DNA from: an uncultured Anaerolineae bacterium
GTDB lineage: Bacteria; Chloroflexota; Anaerolineae; Aggregatilineales; Ch27
Direction: 5' to 3'
DNA length: 64,000 nucleotides
NCBI GenBank assembly: GCA_964529715.1
Contig: CAZGXI010000023.1
Location: 130 to 64,129 of the forward strand
A program made the position numbers and the translations under genes. Positions 1 through 8,868 of the stretch are shown here, piece after piece. Position 1 is the first letter of the stretch; every line of letters begins with the position of its first letter. The notes beneath the pieces were generated by a model, which was not told the origin of the DNA, made no database searches, and saw nothing but the letters and a program-made list of their open reading frames with translations.

Positions 1-2
1 GG

Positions 3-353
3 CAGAAGGCCGACGATCTGGTTGTGCTCGTCTATGAACTGACTGGGGCTTTTCCGGCAGAAGAACGTTACGGTCTGACCGGCCAAATGCGTCGCGCCGC
101 AGTCAGTGTAGCTGCAAACATTGCAGAAGGTTCGGGCAGGCAGTTTTTGAAGGAGTTTCAGCATTTCCTGCACATCGCGCGTGGGTCCGTTGCCGAAGTA
201 GAGTATTACATTCATCTCGCTGGACGGCTGGGATACCTGGATGCTGAACAGGTCAAGCGGCTTCAGGGAGCTGCTTATGAAGCAGGTGCGACGTTGCAGG
301 GATTCATCGGTTCAATTACGCGGCAGATGGAATCGGGCCGGGAGCGAAACTGA
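3..353 (+). CDS. Four helix bundle protein (23S rRNA intervening-sequence protein-like), 5'-truncated by the window edge
   Basis: Frame is open from position 3 (QKADDLVVLVYELT...). Family motif FPAEERYGLTGQMRRAAVSVAANIAEG and ARGSVAEVEYY. Confidence 0.9.
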   Translation, partial: QKADDLVVLVYELTGAFPAEERYGLTGQMRRAAVSVAANIAEGSGRQFLKEFQHFLHIARGSVAEVEYYIHLAGRLGYLDAEQVKRLQGAAYEAGATLQGFIGSITRQMESGRERN

Positions 354-354
354 C

Positions 355-389
355 GCTCGTCGCTCGTCGCTTGCCGCTTTTCGCTAGGG
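355..389 (+). repeat. Degenerate 7-bp tandem repeat downstream of the four helix bundle gene
   Basis: GCTCGTC GCTCGTC GCTTGCC GCTTTTC GCTAGGG immediately after the stop codon. Confidence 0.7.
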
Positions 390-396
390 AGAAGAG

Positions 397-2976
397 ATGC
401 GCATCCCGTTGAGCTGGCTCAAAGAGTACGTTGACATCACCGTGCCCGCCGAAGTGCTGGCCGAACGCCTAACGCTGGCTGGCCTGGAAGTCGGGGAAAT
501 CATCTATATCGGCGTGCCGCAAAATCGCATCGCCGACCTGCCGCACTCGATGTCGGCCCCTTCGAATCATCTGATTTGGGACCGGGAGAAGATCGTGCTC
601 GGCAAGATCGTCGAGGTCAGGTCCCATCCCGACGCTGACCGGCTGGTGCTGGCGATGGTCGATTACGGCGGGCCGGAGTTGGAACAGTGCGTCACTGGCG
701 CGCCGAACCTGTTCGCGTATAAGGATCAGGGGCCGCTATCCACGCCGCTGTGGTCGCCGTTCGCCAAAGAGGGCGCGGAAGTGTGGGATGGCCACAGCAA
801 CGAACCCAAACGCATGATCTTGCAGGGCCGCAAGCTACGTGGCATTTACAACCGCGCGATGGTCTGCTCCGAAAAGGAACTCGGCCTCAGCGACAGCCAC
901 GAGGGCATTCTGTTGCTCGAACCGGAGACGGTGGCCGGGTACGCGCCGGGGACACCGCTGCAAGACGTGCTCGGCGACGTGATCTTCGATATCGAATTGA
1001 CGCCGAACCTGGCCCGCTGTTGGAGCGTGATCGGTGTGGCGCGGGAAGTAGCCGCCCTGCTGGGCACGGAAGTCCGCCAGCCGCCGACCGAGGTGTTGAT
1101 GCAGGGCGCGCCTATCGCCGGGCGGGTGGATATTCAGATCACGAACCCGGAGTTGAACCCGCGTTTCACGCTGGCGCTGATCGAGAACGTGACGATCAGG
1201 CCATCGCCGCAGTGGATGCAGATGCGCCTGATCAAGGCCGGAATGCGTCCGATTAACAACATTGTGGACATCACCAACTATGTGATGCTGGAAGTGGGGC
1301 AGCCGTTGCACGCCTTCGACTGGGACATCGTGCAGCGCCGGGCGCGCGAGAGCGGCGCGAAGACGCCGACCATCATCACGCGCCTGCCCAATCCCGGCGA
1401 ACGTCTGACCCTGCTCGATGGTAGCGAGCACCAACTTGATCCCTTCAACGTCCTGGTGGCCGACACTGCCGGGTCGTTGAGCCTGGCGGGGGTGATGGGC
1501 GGACTGGAAAGCGAAGTCCAGCCGGACAGCCGCAACATCCTGTTGGAGGCGGCGAACTGGAACTTTATCAACATCCGGCGCACCATGCAGGCGCGCAAGA
1601 TCACGTCCGAAGCGGGGATACGCTTCAGCCGGGGCGTGCATCCTAGCCAGGCGGAAGTGGGCCTGCGTCGCGCGGCAGAATTGATGCGTGTGCTCGGTGG
1701 TGGAACGGTGGCTCAGGGCATTGTCGATCACTACCCCTTGCCGCCGCAGCCGGTTGTTGTGGACCTGACTGCTGCCGACGTGTCTCGTCTGATGGGGGTG
1801 GATTTCGAGTCGGGGACCATCGCAGACATCCTACGCCGCTTGCAGTTCGACGTGCAGCAGGATGGCGAAAAGTTGACCGTCACTGCGCCGGATCACCGCC
1901 TGGACATCGGGACCGGGCTGGTTGGGCAGGCCGACCTGATCGAGGAGATCGCGCGCATTTACGGTTACGACCGGATTCCCAATACCGTGATCGACGACCT
2001 GCTGCCCCCACAGCGGAACAACCCGTCCCTGACCTATGAGGAATGGGCGCGTGATCTGCTTGTCCAGGCCGGGCTGCGCGAGATCATCAGCCACCGCATG
2101 ACTACCCCAGAGCAAGAGGGCCTGCTCACGCCGCCGGGGGCGCGTTCCAGTCTGCCGGATGTCGGCTATGTCACGCTGGCGAACCCAATCAGCCAGGACC
2201 GAACGGTGATGCGCCACACGCTCATGGCCGGGCTGCTGAGCATTGCTGCTGCTAACCTGCGCCATGCCGACCGCCTGAAGCTGTTCGAGATCGGCACGGT
2301 CTACCTGCCGGTCGAAGGCGAAGAGCTACCTGCCGAGCCGCGCCGCCTGGGAATCCTGCTGTCTGGGCCGCGCGACTTGTCTGCCTGGGACCTGCCCGCT
2401 CGCCCTGGAAACATCGATTTCTTCGATCTTAAGGGGGTGGTAGAACGTCTGCTGCACGGGATGCATCTTTCTGATGTGGCGTTTGTCCCGGCGCAACACG
2501 CCACCTTTTTCCCCGGACGGATAGCGGCGCTGGTCGTGAACGGGCGCGAGGTTGGTGTGATGGGCGAGGTGCATCCCAAAGTACGCGCTGCCTTCGATCT
2601 GCCGGATGACCTACCGGTGGTGATGGCTGAGTTCGACCTGGACGCACTGCTGGCGGCTGCCCGCCCGTCATTCATCGTGAAGCCTGTGCCCACACAGCCC
2701 GCCGTCTACCAGGACATCGCGCTGGTCGTCACGGATCAGACGCCCGCTGCCGAGGTGGAGCGTGTCATCCGCGAGGCGGGCGGCGCCCTGTTGGAAGACG
2801 CGCGCCTGTTTGATCTGTATCGGGGCGACCCGATTCCAGAAGGCCACAAGAGTCTGGCCTATGCGCTCACATATCGCGCGCCGGACCGTACCCTGACCGA
2901 CGGGGATGTGGCAAAGGTGCACCAGAAGATCGTCAGGGCGGCAGAGCGCGTGCTCGGCGCGAAGCTACGGGCGTGA
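397..2976 (+). CDS. pheT: Phenylalanine--tRNA ligase beta subunit
   Basis: MRIPLSWLKEYV start, tRNA-binding OB fold (HPDADRL), ELTPNLARC, RPINNIVDITNYVMLEVGQPLHAFD, DLIEEIARIYGYD and a C-terminal FDX-ACB domain. Confidence 0.98.
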   Translation: MRIPLSWLKEYVDITVPAEVLAERLTLAGLEVGEIIYIGVPQNRIADLPHSMSAPSNHLIWDREKIVLGKIVEVRSHPDADRLVLAMVDYGGPELEQCVTGAPNLFAYKDQGPLSTPLWSPFAKEGAEVWDGHSNEPKRMILQGRKLRGIYNRAMVCSEKELGLSDSHEGILLLEPETVAGYAPGTPLQDVLGDVIFDIELTPNLARCWSVIGVAREVAALLGTEVRQPPTEVLMQGAPIAGRVDIQITNPELNPRFTLALIENVTIRPSPQWMQMRLIKAGMRPINNIVDITNYVMLEVGQPLHAFDWDIVQRRARESGAKTPTIITRLPNPGERLTLLDGSEHQLDPFNVLVADTAGSLSLAGVMGGLESEVQPDSRNILLEAANWNFINIRRTMQARKITSEAGIRFSRGVHPSQAEVGLRRAAELMRVLGGGTVAQGIVDHYPLPPQPVVVDLTAADVSRLMGVDFESGTIADILRRLQFDVQQDGEKLTVTAPDHRLDIGTGLVGQADLIEEIARIYGYDRIPNTVIDDLLPPQRNNPSLTYEEWARDLLVQAGLREIISHRMTTPEQEGLLTPPGARSSLPDVGYVTLANPISQDRTVMRHTLMAGLLSIAAANLRHADRLKLFEIGTVYLPVEGEELPAEPRRLGILLSGPRDLSAWDLPARPGNIDFFDLKGVVERLLHGMHLSDVAFVPAQHATFFPGRIAALVVNGREVGVMGEVHPKVRAAFDLPDDLPVVMAEFDLDALLAAARPSFIVKPVPTQPAVYQDIALVVTDQTPAAEVERVIREAGGALLEDARLFDLYRGDPIPEGHKSLAYALTYRAPDRTLTDGDVAKVHQKIVRAAERVLGAKLRA

Positions 2977-3034
2977 TGGCGGTGGAATAGATCGGGCCGA
3001 TTGAGCGCCGCATTTGGATAAGGCGTTGGGCGTC

Positions 3035-3071
3035 AATTGCTGGCGGCGGAATATACTCCGCCGCTACAATT
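3035..3071 (-). repeat. REP-like hairpin, GTAGCGGCGG family
   Basis: Minus strand AATTGTAGCGGCGGAGTATATTCCGCCGCCAGCAATT. The first 17 nt are identical to the copy at 13459-13491. Confidence 0.8.
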
Positions 3072-3113
3072 TTTCTGCCGGATATTGGTCGTCCACTGAA
3101 GCGATGCCAAACC

Positions 3114-4265
3114 ATGAAACGCCAGATCAAGCCGCGTTACAGACCCTATCGCCCGCTGCGACAGCGGTATGACCGAGGGGCAGGCTGCCGGCGGTTTATC
3201 GTCGGGGTGATTCTGACGTTTTTTGTGACGGTCGTTGTCGTTGCCCTGTATCAGGCCGGTTCGCGCGAACCTGATGGGCCGACGCTTACGCCACCGTTGC
3301 CGGTGGCCCAGGCGGTCACACCCACGCCTAGTCCAATTCCCCTCCTTCCGACGGCGACTCCAGCACAGCCGACGCCGGTCTCTGTCTCGCCGTCTCCCAC
3401 GTTGCCGCCGTCTGCTACTCCCTTGCCTGCGCCCGCAGGCCCAACCGCCGTCGCATTGGCTGCGGTGCCGCTGCCGAATTCGTCGGATGCCCTGCGCGCT
3501 TACCTGCAAGCCGTCCCGGTGCTGAACCCGGCAAGCGACCACGCACGTGAGGTCTTCCGGCGTGGGCAGGCCCTGGGCAACGCGCGTGGGGTGCTCACCA
3601 AGATCGGGGATTGCAACAGCGACTCGCGCGCCTTCCTTGCGCCATTGGACCTGGGCAACTATGATCTCGGCCCTTATACCGAGTTGCAGGCGGCAGTGGA
3701 CTTTTTCGCCGGGTCGTTCCGCGTAGACAGCATCGCCGACGGGGTAGGCTTTACGGCCTATTCCGTGTTGGATTGGGGGTTTGCCAATCCACAGTATTGC
3801 CAGCAGCGCGAGTCGCCTGTGGCCTGCGAGCTTCGCCGTCGCCGCCCCAGTGTGGCGATCATCATGTTCGGCGCAAACGACGTGCGTTACCTGACCGCCG
3901 AGCAGTATGCTGACGCAATGCGGCAGATCGTCCGCCTGTCGCTCGACCAGGGCACGATCCCGGTGTTGAACACGTTTGCCTGGTGTGCTGGGAACATGCT
4001 GGAAGACAAGGCCCTGGAACTGAACGCCATCACGGTCAACCTGGCCGTGGAATACGACGTGCCGCTGATCAACTTCTGGCGTGCGGCGCAGGCGTTGCCG
4101 GCCTGTGGTCTGATCACCGAAACGCATCTGACCTCCGCCGGGCCGCCGGGCGGCGCGCCGTTCGTAGGGTTTACCAACGGCGAGGAACGGCAGGCGGGTT
4201 ATTCCCTGCGCAACCTGCTCACGCTGCAAATGCTCGATCTGCTGCGGCGGATGGTGCTCGGCTGA
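3114..4265 (+). CDS. Membrane-anchored SGNH/GDSL hydrolase-like protein with Pro/Thr stalk
   Basis: Basic N-terminus, TM helix (FIVGVILTFFVTVVVVAL), PT-rich linker, block I KIGDCNS, block III FGANDV, block V TETHL. Paralog of 7474..8700. Confidence 0.75.
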   Translation: MKRQIKPRYRPYRPLRQRYDRGAGCRRFIVGVILTFFVTVVVVALYQAGSREPDGPTLTPPLPVAQAVTPTPSPIPLLPTATPAQPTPVSVSPSPTLPPSATPLPAPAGPTAVALAAVPLPNSSDALRAYLQAVPVLNPASDHAREVFRRGQALGNARGVLTKIGDCNSDSRAFLAPLDLGNYDLGPYTELQAAVDFFAGSFRVDSIADGVGFTAYSVLDWGFANPQYCQQRESPVACELRRRRPSVAIIMFGANDVRYLTAEQYADAMRQIVRLSLDQGTIPVLNTFAWCAGNMLEDKALELNAITVNLAVEYDVPLINFWRAAQALPACGLITETHLTSAGPPGGAPFVGFTNGEERQAGYSLRNLLTLQMLDLLRRMVLG

Positions 4266-4417
4266 CCCTGGACTTCCCCGAAAAACCCCTGTTTTATTGA
4301 CGATGTTTTTGAAACCGGCGCGATGTAGCGGTCTGTTGTCGGTTCTTGCGTGGTTGCCAGTACTTTATTTGTGATCCAGAATAGGCACCTATCTGCATAC
4401 ATAGGAGACTGAAACTG

Positions 4418-7210
4418 ATGCCACGACGGCTGACCTTTTTTGTTTTGTTAATCATCGTTCTTGTCATTGCGCCGGTCGAGGCACAAGAAGTAACCCAGAA
4501 TATACCGGCCTGGGTCAACGGATTCGGGCGGGCCTGGTTCCATGTGCTGTCGCCGGGGAGCGATTGGCTGGTCGTCTCTACTACGACTGGTGTATATCGC
4601 TTCGATACTTCTGACCCGGATGCTCTGCCGCTGCGCCTGGAAGGGCATACCGATACCGTGCGCAGCGCGGCGTTCAACCGGGATGGGACGCTTGCGGCCA
4701 CGACCAGCCTCGACGGGACGGTGCGGCTGTGGCGGCTTGCTGATGGCGAGGCGCTGTGGGCGGCGCGCATCGGCGGCCCGTGCTGCGACTCTATGCCGCC
4801 TACCTGGGTGGAGTTCAGTGGCGACGGCTCGCTGCTGCTAGTGTTCGCAACGGACGCTTTCAACCCGGCTCCAGTAAGCCTCTTTGCCGTCAACGCGCGC
4901 AGTGGGCAGGTTCAGGCGCTCGAAAGCGGCGTGTTTCCGAAGGTGGTTGACGACGGGCTGCTGCTGCCTGTGGTGGAAGACGGCGCGGTGGTGGTGCGCC
5001 TGCTGCGGGCCGAGGGTGACGGCTTTGCCCAAAGCGACCTCGTCACGCTGGCGGGTGTGAGCGTGTCGCCGGGGACGCAGCTTCGCCTGACCGACCATTA
5101 TGTGCTGGTGTTCTCCGAGTCGGATACGCTGGCCGCCGCCCGTCTGGACGATGGGACGATCACGCTGGAGGCCGAAGGGATTCCCTCCTGGGTATCAATC
5201 TACCACGACACGGTCTACACCGATCTTACCAACGTCTTGGTGGCGATCAACCTGGAAACGGGCGCGCGCGTGGACCTGCCCAAACAGCATTTCAGTGGAT
5301 GGATTGAGCGCGGGCAGGAATGGCTGCTCTACAGGGACCTCGCCGGCACGCTGACCGGCCTGAACCTTTCTACCCTGAGAACGACCCCTATCGCTGTGAA
5401 TCCCGTGCTGTACCAGGTGTCGGGCGACTACGTGCTGACCGCCGACGCCTCTGGAACGATACGGCTGACCGACCTGCGAGGCGGCTATAGCCGCGTGCTA
5501 CAAGGGGCGATCCTGCCGGAGGGCGCGACCCTGGCGTGGGTGCACGTGAACGGCGGCACGGTGTTCGCCGCTTACGGCAACGGCCCGACCTACGCGGGCC
5601 TGTGGGATGTCTCGAACGGCAGCGTCCTGGTGGAGCCGCAGACCTACAACAACCTCGGCCCTGACTTCATTCACGAAGGCGCCAACATGGCCATCAACGG
5701 GCGTCTGGGCGACGCGACCGGGATTCTGCTGGCCGACCTGGACACCCGGACCCTGGAATGGTTTCCGTTCGCGGAGTGGTACCGCGTCGCGCCGCTGGTG
5801 TTCGGTCCGGGAGGGCTGTACTACGAGCAGGCCCTGAGCGGTGTGGCCCTGCTCGACCTGCAAAGCGGCGAGTCGGCGGTGCTGCCGTTCGAGGGACATA
5901 CCGCGTCCATCAATGACCTGGTCTACAACCCCGACGGGACGCGCATTGCCTCGGCCAGCGAGGACGGGACCGTACGCCTGTGGGATGCGACCAGTGGGGC
6001 GCAGATTGACGTGATGCGGCCAGAAGCCGAACCGCTGCGGCTGGCCTTTACCGGGGATGAACTGTTAATCCTGATGGACGGCGGCGGTCTGAGGACCTGG
6101 GGTGGGCCACTGAGCGGTGCGGACGCTTTCGGAATGTTGCATGACATCGACGCGCGGGGATCGACCTTGGCGGCGTCTGGCGATCAGAGTGTGCAGGTGT
6201 TCGACGTGGACGGCGGCGCTTTGGCGCTGCGAACCACGCTCATGCCCAATCCCGATCTGGCCCCCGTGGATGGCTACCACGCGGTCGCGCTCGACCCCGC
6301 CGGGCGGTACATTGTCGCCGGAGGCCTCGTGGCCGATGATAAAGGGCGGCACGCGGTGGTGGACCTGTGGGATGCCGTGTCCGGCGCGTTTGTGACGCGC
6401 CTGGAAAGCGCGACGGACAACGACTGGCGGATGGACCTGAGTTTCAACGCAGATGGCTCGCAGTTGGCGCTGACAGCGTTCGCGGCGACCGTCTGGAACC
6501 TGGACGGCATCCCAGACGAACCCGTTTTCATGTCGGGGGAAATGCTTGTTTCGAGCGGGACATTCGTGGGCGACCGGCTGGCGTATTTGCTGTGGGGTCT
6601 CAACGCGAATCCGGTTCTCCTGCGCGATGCCGAGGGCGTTTATCTGCAAACGTTTTGGCGCAACGCGCACAGCAACGAGGGCGGCGGGGGTGGGCTGCCG
6701 CGCTGGCCGGTGGCGGCCCGCCCGGATGGATCGCAGATCGTTGAGGCCGAAGTTGGCGGCGCGATGACGGCCTGGAATTTGCCGCCCGTTGCCGCGCTCG
6801 AACCGTTGCCCGAACCGGCCCCAGTTTCGGTCGTGGCCTACTGCGACAAACTGGATGGCCCGCCGGATGACCTGACTGCCGCCGATTCGATCAACGTCGA
6901 GTGGAGCTGGTACGCGACCGAGCTTCCGCTGATCATCAACCACCTGCGAACTGTGACCTACGAGATCATGCTCGACGGCCAGGTGCTCAGTTCCTATCTG
7001 GCGCAACGCAGTGTTGTTCGCCGAGACCCGGTCAATGACGATCATTGGACAATCTACTATACCCTGAATGTGGGTGCGCTCGCACCGGGCGAACACACCA
7101 TCACATACCGCGCCACGTGGCGGCAGGTGATTACCGATGGTCTGGCGAGCTACGGTCCTGGCACGGTCAACCCCGAAGATTCCGGCGCGTGCCGGTTCAT
7201 GGTGCGGTAG
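4418..7210 (+). CDS. Secreted WD40/beta-propeller repeat protein
   Basis: Signal peptide (AEA-like cleavage VEA|QE). WD40 repeats GHTDTVRSAAFNRDG...VRLW and GHTASINDLVYNPDG...VRLWD. Separate beta-sandwich-like C-terminal domain. Confidence 0.85.
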   Translation: MPRRLTFFVLLIIVLVIAPVEAQEVTQNIPAWVNGFGRAWFHVLSPGSDWLVVSTTTGVYRFDTSDPDALPLRLEGHTDTVRSAAFNRDGTLAATTSLDGTVRLWRLADGEALWAARIGGPCCDSMPPTWVEFSGDGSLLLVFATDAFNPAPVSLFAVNARSGQVQALESGVFPKVVDDGLLLPVVEDGAVVVRLLRAEGDGFAQSDLVTLAGVSVSPGTQLRLTDHYVLVFSESDTLAAARLDDGTITLEAEGIPSWVSIYHDTVYTDLTNVLVAINLETGARVDLPKQHFSGWIERGQEWLLYRDLAGTLTGLNLSTLRTTPIAVNPVLYQVSGDYVLTADASGTIRLTDLRGGYSRVLQGAILPEGATLAWVHVNGGTVFAAYGNGPTYAGLWDVSNGSVLVEPQTYNNLGPDFIHEGANMAINGRLGDATGILLADLDTRTLEWFPFAEWYRVAPLVFGPGGLYYEQALSGVALLDLQSGESAVLPFEGHTASINDLVYNPDGTRIASASEDGTVRLWDATSGAQIDVMRPEAEPLRLAFTGDELLILMDGGGLRTWGGPLSGADAFGMLHDIDARGSTLAASGDQSVQVFDVDGGALALRTTLMPNPDLAPVDGYHAVALDPAGRYIVAGGLVADDKGRHAVVDLWDAVSGAFVTRLESATDNDWRMDLSFNADGSQLALTAFAATVWNLDGIPDEPVFMSGEMLVSSGTFVGDRLAYLLWGLNANPVLLRDAEGVYLQTFWRNAHSNEGGGGGLPRWPVAARPDGSQIVEAEVGGAMTAWNLPPVAALEPLPEPAPVSVVAYCDKLDGPPDDLTAADSINVEWSWYATELPLIINHLRTVTYEIMLDGQVLSSYLAQRSVVRRDPVNDDHWTIYYTLNVGALAPGEHTITYRATWRQVITDGLASYGPGTVNPEDSGACRFMVR

Positions 7211-7281
7211 ATTCCAGATGGGGGTGCGTGCAGGACATCCCGGTAGTTTGTGTCTGCCGACGCGATGTGCAGGTTGTCAAC

Positions 7282-7306
7282 GCCGGGGACTTCAGTCCCC
7301 GGCTAC
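7282..7306 (-). repeat. REP-like hairpin (GTAG + GC stem)
   Basis: GCCGGGGAC-TTCA-GTCCCCGGC perfect 9-bp stem. The minus strand begins GTAG. Confidence 0.65.
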
Positions 7307-7473
7307 GGACGTAAAGTTCACATCAGCGGATTTTGCGGACTTCGCCGGAGGGAACTCCCTGGCAACCGGTGCAGACACGGTTGTTTTTGAAACTTGCACA
7401 TTGGGCCTGCTGTATATAATGATGCTGGGAGTAACCGAAAGCGGGGGGATAGTGAACACCCTGGATTAACCGA

Positions 7474-8700
7474 ATGCGTCGTCGAACGACCTGCACATTC
7501 TCCTTCTTCGCGGCGACTTTTGTGCTTGTGGCTGCTGCCTGTCAGCACACGCCCGTCATCCCGCCGCTGCTGCAATTGCCTACGCTCACCCCGACGCCGC
7601 GCCAGGTTGCCGTCGAAGTGCGACACACGCTCCCACCTACCTGGACGCCGACGTTCACCTATACGCCCAGCAACACGCCGACCCCAACCTCGACGCCAAC
7701 CCGCACGTTCACCCCGACGCCGACCGCCTCCGACACGCCAACGGTGACACCGACCTTTACCCCGTCGCCGTCGAACACACCACGCCCGACCCTGCCTCCA
7801 CCGCCGGTAGTGCAGTCGGGACCACCCGCCGCAAACCCACAGCCTTCCGCCGGGGGCGCTGCGGGGCCGATGGTGGCATTTTCTGCCCCGCCGATGGTGC
7901 ACGACCCGAACGACCCGCGCGTGGCGCGCCTGTATGCCGTGCCGATCATCCCGACGACAAGCGGGCGTGTGCGCCAGATCGTCGCGGTGGGCCGGGGGAT
8001 GGGCAACCGGGCGAACGTGTTCTCGAAGGTGGGCGACTGCCACACGACGGCGCACGCCTTCTTCCTACCGTTTGGTGTGGGCGAGGTTGACCTGGGGCCA
8101 TATGGCTATCTGCAAGAGACCATCAATTTCTTCTCCGCCTCGCCGCGCGAGAGCGTGACCAACTCCTTTGTCAATGACAGTTTTGCTGCGTCCAGCGCCT
8201 TCAACATGGCCGCTGTGCTCGACCCGACATGGTCGAACCCCTCCTACTGCCAGGCAGGGGAGTCGCCGCTGGTGTGTGAATACCGTGTGGTGCATCCGGC
8301 GGTGGCGATTATCATGCTTGGCTCGGTGGATATGCAGATCTACGGCGCGGATCAGTTCCGCGCCTCGACGCGACAGGTGGTGCAGGAGACGATCAATCGG
8401 GGCATCGTCCCGGTGTTGACTACCTACCCCAGCAGTCCCAATTATCTGTGGGAGCAATCGCTGGATTTCAACACGATCCTGGTGGACATTGCCCAGGCGG
8501 AACAGATTCCGCTGATCAACTTCTGGCTGGCATCGCGCGCGCTGCCGGGCTACGGACTGGAAGGCGATGGCTTTCACATCTCGCAGCCGCCCACGCGCTT
8601 CATTAACTTCAACGGTGAGCAGAACCAGTACGGGCAAACGCTGCGTAATCTGCTGACCCTGCAAACGCTGGAAACCCTGCGGCGGGATGCCCTGCAATGA
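7474..8700 (+). CDS. SGNH/GDSL hydrolase-like lipoprotein with Pro/Thr stalk
   Basis: Lipobox-like VAAAC, long TPT repeats, KVGDCHT, LGSVDM, DGFH. Clear paralog of 3114..4265, sharing the RNLLTLQ C-terminus. Confidence 0.75.
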   Translation: MRRRTTCTFSFFAATFVLVAAACQHTPVIPPLLQLPTLTPTPRQVAVEVRHTLPPTWTPTFTYTPSNTPTPTSTPTRTFTPTPTASDTPTVTPTFTPSPSNTPRPTLPPPPVVQSGPPAANPQPSAGGAAGPMVAFSAPPMVHDPNDPRVARLYAVPIIPTTSGRVRQIVAVGRGMGNRANVFSKVGDCHTTAHAFFLPFGVGEVDLGPYGYLQETINFFSASPRESVTNSFVNDSFAASSAFNMAAVLDPTWSNPSYCQAGESPLVCEYRVVHPAVAIIMLGSVDMQIYGADQFRASTRQVVQETINRGIVPVLTTYPSSPNYLWEQSLDFNTILVDIAQAEQIPLINFWLASRALPGYGLEGDGFHISQPPTRFINFNGEQNQYGQTLRNLLTLQTLETLRRDALQ

Positions 8701-8794
8701 GCAGGAAGCATTGAGCGGCGGGCGACGCGCAGGGAATCGGCGATATAGGGTGAGTCTCAGAACTGCCTATGTGCATCAGGATGTCGCACACTCG

Positions 8795-8826
8795 GTAGCG
8801 GCGGACTTGGTCCGCCGTTACAATTT
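8795..8826. repeat. REP-like hairpin, GTAGCGGCGG family
   Basis: GTAGCGGCGGAC-TTG-GTCCGCCGTTAC-AATTT. Confidence 0.8.
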
Positions 8827-8868
8827 TGCTTACATAAAATGCCTGTGCCAGAGTGAGTTGGTGCTGCC

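Noticed and set aside
7640-7800. Apparent short DNA repeats (ACGCCGAC-like)
   Set aside because: They are the coding consequence of Thr-Pro repeats in a protein stalk, not a CRISPR or mobile repeat.
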